11,631 nucleotides of DNA, from assembly GCA_963830915.1 (NCBI GenBank), contig CAWHOE010000012.1:1-11631 (forward strand), in the 5' to 3' direction. Of the stretch, positions 7,144-11,631 are shown piece after piece (position 1 is the first letter of the stretch; every line of letters begins with the position of its first letter). Source of the DNA: a candidate division FCPU426 bacterium (GTDB lineage: Bacteria > Oederibacteriota > Muellerivitia > Muellerivitales > Muellerivitaceae). Below the pieces are notes generated by a model. That model made no database searches. It had not been told where the DNA came from and saw nothing but the letters and a program-made list of their open reading frames with translations. The translations under genes were made by a program, and so were the position numbers.

Positions 7144-7508
7144 AGATGCGGAAGATCGTGATGTTATTGCTGATAGGATCGATCGTGAACTTAGCGCAGG
7201 CGCAAAGCGTGACCACTTTTACCGTGAGCAAGAATCTTTTCAATACAATAAAAGACACCAACGTTACCTTGGTATTTGAATCTTCCTATAACGGTACAGC
7301 GGATCTGAAACTCTATAACTCTGCCGGGGAGATGGTCCGAAACCTCGATAGCCAGATCCTAAATCCAACAACGGCTAATGCGGCTCAAACAGTCATTTGG
7401 GATGGGAAAAATAAAGCAGGGGCGCTGGTAGCCTCAGGGATCTATTTTTTCCAGTTACAGTTAAATTTCGGTGCATTCTCAAAACGGTTGATGGTTATTA
7501 CCCACTAA
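7140..7508 (+). CDS. Secreted single-domain FlgD immunoglobulin-like (T9SS CTD-like) protein, 122 aa
   Basis: Signal peptide MKMRKIVMLLLIGSIVNLAQA|Q. LKLYNSAGEMVRNL...VIWDGKNKAGALVASGIYFFQL...KRLMVI is the FlgD_ig signature. ATGA overlap with the upstream stop (7140-7143); alternative ATG at 7146. Confidence 0.82.
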   Translation: MKMRKIVMLLLIGSIVNLAQAQSVTTFTVSKNLFNTIKDTNVTLVFESSYNGTADLKLYNSAGEMVRNLDSQILNPTTANAAQTVIWDGKNKAGALVASGIYFFQLQLNFGAFSKRLMVITH

Positions 7509-7514
7509 AAACCT

Positions 7515-8837
7515 TTATTTACGGCAATATAGCAATGGGTTTGGTTTAAGTTCACACTCGGTAGCAATCCGCAGGCCTTTAATTTTCCCCTCGTTGCGTA
7601 ATTCATATAATCGTGGCACCACCATGTCCCTTAGAGCCACAGGGGAAACTGGGTTGATATAGATCTTGGTGCCTCCCTCGAAACCCGCCTGGTTGATGGT
7701 CCGCCATTTGATAAGGATATGCCAGGGCATGACATCTACCGCGTCGCGGGGGGAATAGTACCATTCTTCATTGCAGGGAACCTGGCTTCCAGTCGCCGCG
7801 TGACACGCGTGCACCAGGTCGGAAAACCCCCGTAATTCTTCCTCTGTGTGTTCCTCTGGACGAGCGTTGCGGCTCTTGGAATAAACAGCCATAGTTGGGA
7901 AGCGATGTCCCATCTCTGAAAGGGCAATGGCATAGTCATTTTCCGCGAAGATCAGGTTGTTATAGGCTGAAAAGTTGACGATGGCTTCGTTGTAGATGTT
8001 CGGATGTTCCCGGGCAATGTCCACCTCAGATTGAATTGAGGTACCCCATTCGTCCAGACCCACCAGCTGTTTATGTAGATGGTCCAAAGAGGCGCCAGCG
8101 GCCTGGAGCCAATTCTGGAAGATGGTCACGTAACGCACATAACGGTTATTGGTGTAAATATCCATCATGGCGTCGATAGTGAAACGTAGATACTGGAAAT
8201 GTTCCTCGTGCGTCATCTCGCCAGAGGAGTAAAGATCAGTATCGAACTCAGCTCCCGGTTTGTAATGGTTCCTGGAAATGATGAGCTCATGGGCTCCCCC
8301 GAAGAAGGCGTCGGAAAGCCTGAGCTTTTCCTCTTGCCCCATAGTGGAGACTTCCTCGGGAGATTTTCCCCTCAAGCGCAGTTTGGTATCGATCATTTGA
8401 ATGACATGTTCCAGACCTCTTGGGTTATCCAGGTAACTTCTTTTCCAATGGGTCTGGGCGGGGGATAACTGGAACCCGTGGTTTTTTGCCCAATAATCGA
8501 TGGTCACTATCTCAAAAAGATTGGCCACCCTCCGGTAGATGGCTTTGGAGGATTCGAACATGTCAGGATTCAGTTTTTCCAATTTCTGGTACTGACCGTC
8601 GGAAGTTTGTATTAGCCGGGCCTTTTCGGGAGGGGTTCGGAAATATTCGGAGAAACAGAAGTCGCAATAATTTTCTTTATCTCGTTTTTCGATGGGTTTG
8701 GAAGGCCGGCGGGAACGGTTGTAAAAGGGGCGGTGGGCCCGGTCCGGAACGGTCCAGACCTCGGTGCCTGTCAAGGGATTGATATGTTTCAGGGTCCCAT
8801 CCGGCATCGTAAAGTATGGGTTTTGAAATTTAGGCAT
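7515..8837 (-). CDS. DUF4921 family protein (GalT/HIT-like nucleotidyltransferase fold), 440 aa
   Basis: N-terminus MPDGTLKHINPLTGTEVWTVPDRAHRP, CDFC, TPPEKAR, RRVANLFEIV, FFGGAHELII, FQNWLQAAGASLDHLHKQLV (HxHxQ at ~8067-8081), CNEEWYY and AGFEGGTKIYIN match DUF4921 as I recall it. GAGGA SD upstream of ATG 8837. Confidence 0.85.
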   Translation of the reverse strand: MPKFQNPYFTMPDGTLKHINPLTGTEVWTVPDRAHRPFYNRSRRPSKPIEKRDKENYCDFCFSEYFRTPPEKARLIQTSDGQYQKLEKLNPDMFESSKAIYRRVANLFEIVTIDYWAKNHGFQLSPAQTHWKRSYLDNPRGLEHVIQMIDTKLRLRGKSPEEVSTMGQEEKLRLSDAFFGGAHELIISRNHYKPGAEFDTDLYSSGEMTHEEHFQYLRFTIDAMMDIYTNNRYVRYVTIFQNWLQAAGASLDHLHKQLVGLDEWGTSIQSEVDIAREHPNIYNEAIVNFSAYNNLIFAENDYAIALSEMGHRFPTMAVYSKSRNARPEEHTEEELRGFSDLVHACHAATGSQVPCNEEWYYSPRDAVDVMPWHILIKWRTINQAGFEGGTKIYINPVSPVALRDMVVPRLYELRNEGKIKGLRIATECELKPNPLLYCRK

Positions 8838-8881
8838 GGGATCCTCGGTGAAGCGTGTGTGGTTGTTTTAATTAGGGTAAA

Positions 8882-8910
8882 ATTGTATCGGAAGCCTTAC
8901 AATGAAGCAA
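8882..8910 (-). promoter_or_regulatory. Putative sigma70 promoter for the DUF4921 gene
   Basis: Minus strand TTGCTT (8910-8905), 17 nt, TACAAT (8887-8882), about 45 nt upstream of the start codon. Confidence 0.5.
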
Positions 8911-8979
8911 CTTGGTTATTTTTGATCATGGGTATTCGAACTGGATCGTTCCGAGACCCGTGGAGCAGGAGACCGTGTC

Positions 8980-9750
8980 TTGAAGTTCATGGCCTTTACG
9001 GATTATTTCGGAGCGGAGGAACTCCTTCCGCTGTTGACGGCAGCCATCCAGGTCGAGCAACCGGATTATATTTTTTATTGCGGCGGTTCCATGAAGGGCG
9101 AGAATCGCCTGAGCGAGTATCAAACCGCCCGGAAGTTCTTCGGCAAACCCGATATCGACAATCCCGTCATCCGAAAAGAGGTCGAAAGGGATACGGAACA
9201 TCTACGGAAATTCCTGCTGGCTCTAGCGGATTCCCAGAAAATAACGTTTATTATTCCAGGCTACAACGACGCTTCCGAAGCCCTTTATTTCAAGACAGTC
9301 TTCGGATTGGCCAACATCTATCCCAATCTCCGACCCGCCCACGAAATGATGTATCGAGAAGATCAGTTCATGGTCGCAGGGTTCGGTGGGGAAATGACCT
9401 TGAACGAGGATAATCGGGAACTGGTATTGCAATATTCCCAGCCCTGGGCCGAATATTCACTGAGGTTGTTGGAATATTTCCCCGGTGAGAAGATTTTGTT
9501 ATTCCACTCACCCCCGGTTTGCCGGTTGGACCATTCGGATGGGGAACATTTCGGGGTATTGCTTATCAATGAGATCATCGAAAGGGTTTCTCCCCAATTG
9601 GTCCTTTGTGGCCGTGCCCGATCGGGGCAGGGGACGGTCAAGCTCAATGATACGGTGGTTATCAATCCTGGCCCTCTTAATGAGGGACATTATGTCATCA
9701 TCGATTATCCTTCCTTGTCGATCCAATTTAAAAACCTAAAGAATTACTGA
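8980..9750 (+). CDS. Calcineurin-like metallophosphoesterase-fold protein, TT1561/Aq_1956-like (Metallophos_3), 256 aa
   Basis: TTG start with AGGAG SD at 8967-8971. Motif scaffold FTDYFG...QPDYIFYCGG...IIPGYND...YPNLRPAHE...VAGFGG...LFHSPP...HFG...PQLVLCGR...TVVINPGPLNEGHY follows the Icc-like TT1561/Aq_1956 pattern, including the helical insert after motif II. Confidence 0.78.
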   Translation: MKFMAFTDYFGAEELLPLLTAAIQVEQPDYIFYCGGSMKGENRLSEYQTARKFFGKPDIDNPVIRKEVERDTEHLRKFLLALADSQKITFIIPGYNDASEALYFKTVFGLANIYPNLRPAHEMMYREDQFMVAGFGGEMTLNEDNRELVLQYSQPWAEYSLRLLEYFPGEKILLFHSPPVCRLDHSDGEHFGVLLINEIIERVSPQLVLCGRARSGQGTVKLNDTVVINPGPLNEGHYVIIDYPSLSIQFKNLKNY

Positions 9751-9826
9751 GCCTGGTTGGTCGGGCCCGGCGGTAAGTCATTGTGGGTATAAACTTTTGA
9801 GCACACTAAAACCAAGAATGGTTGGC

Positions 9827-10804
9827 ATGAACACTTTATTGGAGATCCAAGACTTGAGGATCGGCTTATCAGCCAATCGGCCTGAGGAGCGAGGCGAGAT
9901 ATTACGTGGTATCACCTTGGATATCCACGAAGGTGAAAGAGTGGCGCTGGTCGGGGAATCGGGATGCGGGAAAAGTATGACCGCCCTTTCCATAATGCGT
10001 TTGTTACCCGAACCTCCCATGGTCTGGAATGGAGGGCGGATCCAATACCGTGGGAAGAATCTGGATCATCTTTCCTCCTCCGGCTGGCGGTACGTTCGGG
10101 GTAGAGAAATCGGGATGGTATTCCAAGAGCCTTTTACATCCTTGAATCCGGTAAAGAGGGTTGGTCCTCAGGTCATGGAAGGTATCCTAACCCATCAGGA
10201 AGTGGCGGAAAACGAGGCTAAAGCACGGGTGATCGGTCTTTTGAACGAAGTAGGATTGTCCGATCCGACCCGGGTTTTTCAACAATATCCCCACCAGTTA
10301 TCCGGTGGAATGTGTCAAAGGGTCATGATTGCAATTGCCATTTCTTGCGCTCCATCCCTCCTTATTGCCGATGAGCCGACGACGGCCCTGGATGTAACGG
10401 TACAGCGGCAGATCCTGGACCTCTTGGCTTTGATGTCCGAACGGCATCAAATGGCTATCTTGTTCATCACTCATAATTTGAGATTGGCCCAAAGTTATTC
10501 CGATCGGATTGCCATCCTCTACGCGGGGCAGGTGGTTGAAGTAGGTCGGCCCGAGGATATTTTCTCCAGACCACAGCACCCCTATACAGAGTGTCTATTG
10601 GCAGCCATGCCGAATGTGGAGCATCGTGGCAAGAATCTGTATACCATCCTGGGTAATGTGCCAAAACCCCAGGATAGGATTCTGGGATGCGCATTCGCGC
10701 CGAGATGTCAGCGGGTCCAAAACAGTTGTTCCGAAATGGAGCCGCGTTTGGAACAATGGAAAGGGGAGCAATGGGTCCGATGCTTTTATCCGTCGAAAAT
10801 GTAA
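9827..10804 (+). CDS. dppD: Oligopeptide/dipeptide ABC transporter ATP-binding protein (DppD/OppD type), ~325 aa
   Basis: Walker A GESGCGKS, Q-loop MVFQEP, signature YPHQLSGGMCQR, Walker B LLIADEPTTALD, ITH switch, HPYT, and C-terminal GCAFAPRC...C...RC. Start at ATG 9827 (MNTLLEIQDL); 9818 is also possible. Confidence 0.93.
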   Translation: MNTLLEIQDLRIGLSANRPEERGEILRGITLDIHEGERVALVGESGCGKSMTALSIMRLLPEPPMVWNGGRIQYRGKNLDHLSSSGWRYVRGREIGMVFQEPFTSLNPVKRVGPQVMEGILTHQEVAENEAKARVIGLLNEVGLSDPTRVFQQYPHQLSGGMCQRVMIAIAISCAPSLLIADEPTTALDVTVQRQILDLLALMSERHQMAILFITHNLRLAQSYSDRIAILYAGQVVEVGRPEDIFSRPQHPYTECLLAAMPNVEHRGKNLYTILGNVPKPQDRILGCAFAPRCQRVQNSCSEMEPRLEQWKGEQWVRCFYPSKM

Positions 10805-11631
10805 GAAAAAAATATCCTGTTGGTCACGGATTATTAGGGAAGCCAACCGCGTTTGTCCAAGCGGTCCGGGGGATTACTTTTGAAATCATGCCGGAGGAGA
10901 TCGTGGGAGTGGTCGGTGAATCTGGATGCGGGAAAAGCACATTAGGGCGCTGTGTGGTGGGTTTGGAATCTCCCGATGCGGGAAAGGTTGTTTGGGAAGG
11001 AATGGACACCCAAGCCATGTCCACTGATGTTTTAAGGAAAAAACGAAAGCTTTTCCAGATGGTTTTTCAAAACCCCTTCGCGTCATTGGATCCAAGGCAA
11101 AGGATCAAGGACCTTCTTTCCGAACCTTTGGAAGTACATGGTTTGTCCAGTGCCGCCGAACGCCAACAGGTTGTAAAAGGCTTATTGGAAGATGTGGGTA
11201 TGCCGATTGATAGTTTACGAAAGTTCCCTCATGAATTTTCGGGTGGCCAAAGGCAGAGAATCGGATTGGCAAGGGCCCTGGCAGTTGAACCCAAATTAAT
11301 CGTTCTAGATGAACCCGTCTCGTCCCTGGATGTTTCCATACAGGCCTCTATATTAAACCTTTTAGTTCGGTTGAATCGGCAAAAGGGGATCAGCTATCTG
11401 TTCATTTCTCATGATCTACAAGTGGTTGGATATCTCAGCCAGCGAATTTTGGTTCTCTATCTCGGACAGGTTGTTGAAAGTGGTCCGACCGAGAGGTTGA
11501 TTCGAGAGCCGATTCATCCTTATACAGAGGTTCTTTTAGACGCGATGGAGGCTAAAAAAGGAAAAGTCAAGGGCGAACCACCTAGCCCCGTGGATATACC
11601 AACCGGATGTTCATTCCATACCCGATGTCCT
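10771..11631 (+). CDS. dppF: Oligopeptide/dipeptide ABC transporter ATP-binding protein (DppF/OppF type); 3' end runs off the window edge
   Basis: Not in the ORF track. My translation: MGPMLLSVENVRKKYPVGHGLLGKPTAFVQAVRGITFEIMPEEIVGVVGESGCGKSTLGR...QMVFQNPFASLDPR...FPHEFSGGQRQRIGLARALAVEPKLIVLDEPVSSLDVSIQASILNLL...FISHDL...HPYT...GEPPSPVDIPTGCSFHTRCP. AAGGGGAG at 10761-10768; start could be 10771 or 10780. Overlaps the end of dppD. Confidence 0.93.
   Translation, partial: MGPMLLSVENVRKKYPVGHGLLGKPTAFVQAVRGITFEIMPEEIVGVVGESGCGKSTLGRCVVGLESPDAGKVVWEGMDTQAMSTDVLRKKRKLFQMVFQNPFASLDPRQRIKDLLSEPLEVHGLSSAAERQQVVKGLLEDVGMPIDSLRKFPHEFSGGQRQRIGLARALAVEPKLIVLDEPVSSLDVSIQASILNLLVRLNRQKGISYLFISHDLQVVGYLSQRILVLYLGQVVESGPTERLIREPIHPYTEVLLDAMEAKKGKVKGEPPSPVDIPTGCSFHTRCP

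Noticed and set aside
7509..7514. Terminator between the convergent FlgD-Ig and DUF4921 genes
   Set aside because: The gap is only 6 bp and I found no convincing hairpin.
8733..9413. 226-aa plus-strand ORF
   Set aside because: It overlaps the DUF4921 start, the intergenic promoter and the metallophosphoesterase gene out of frame; Arg-rich and not protein-like.
1..11631. CRISPR arrays, tandem repeats, IS elements, defence systems
   Set aside because: No regularly spaced repeats, transposase or integrase motifs, or defence-type domains were seen by eye.

Overview
Bacterial chromosomal window with no mobile element, CRISPR array or integrase visible. The left third holds a compact, divergently arranged candidate ceramide (sphingolipid) biosynthesis locus. 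On the minus strand are a serine palmitoyltransferase-like PLP enzyme (spt, 1066-2247) and a YghO/GNAT-like N-acyltransferase resembling bacterial ceramide synthase (bCerS, <1-947). The latter is missing from the supplied ORF track because it runs off the left edge. On the plus strand are an extended-SDR reductase resembling ceramide reductase (CerR, 2466-3491) and a translationally coupled secreted protein of unknown function (3488-4543). Next come tRNA-Leu(GAG) on the minus strand with a consensus sigma70 promoter and an intrinsic terminator, a GT-C-like polytopic membrane protein with a TPR-like tail, a stand-alone secreted FlgD-Ig-like domain protein, a DUF4921/GalT-like HxHxQ enzyme, a TT1561/Aq_1956-like metallophosphoesterase-fold protein with degenerate metal ligands, and DppD/DppF-type ABC ATPases (the last truncated by the right edge). 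Family calls come from motif recognition and recalled family sequences, not from database searches.
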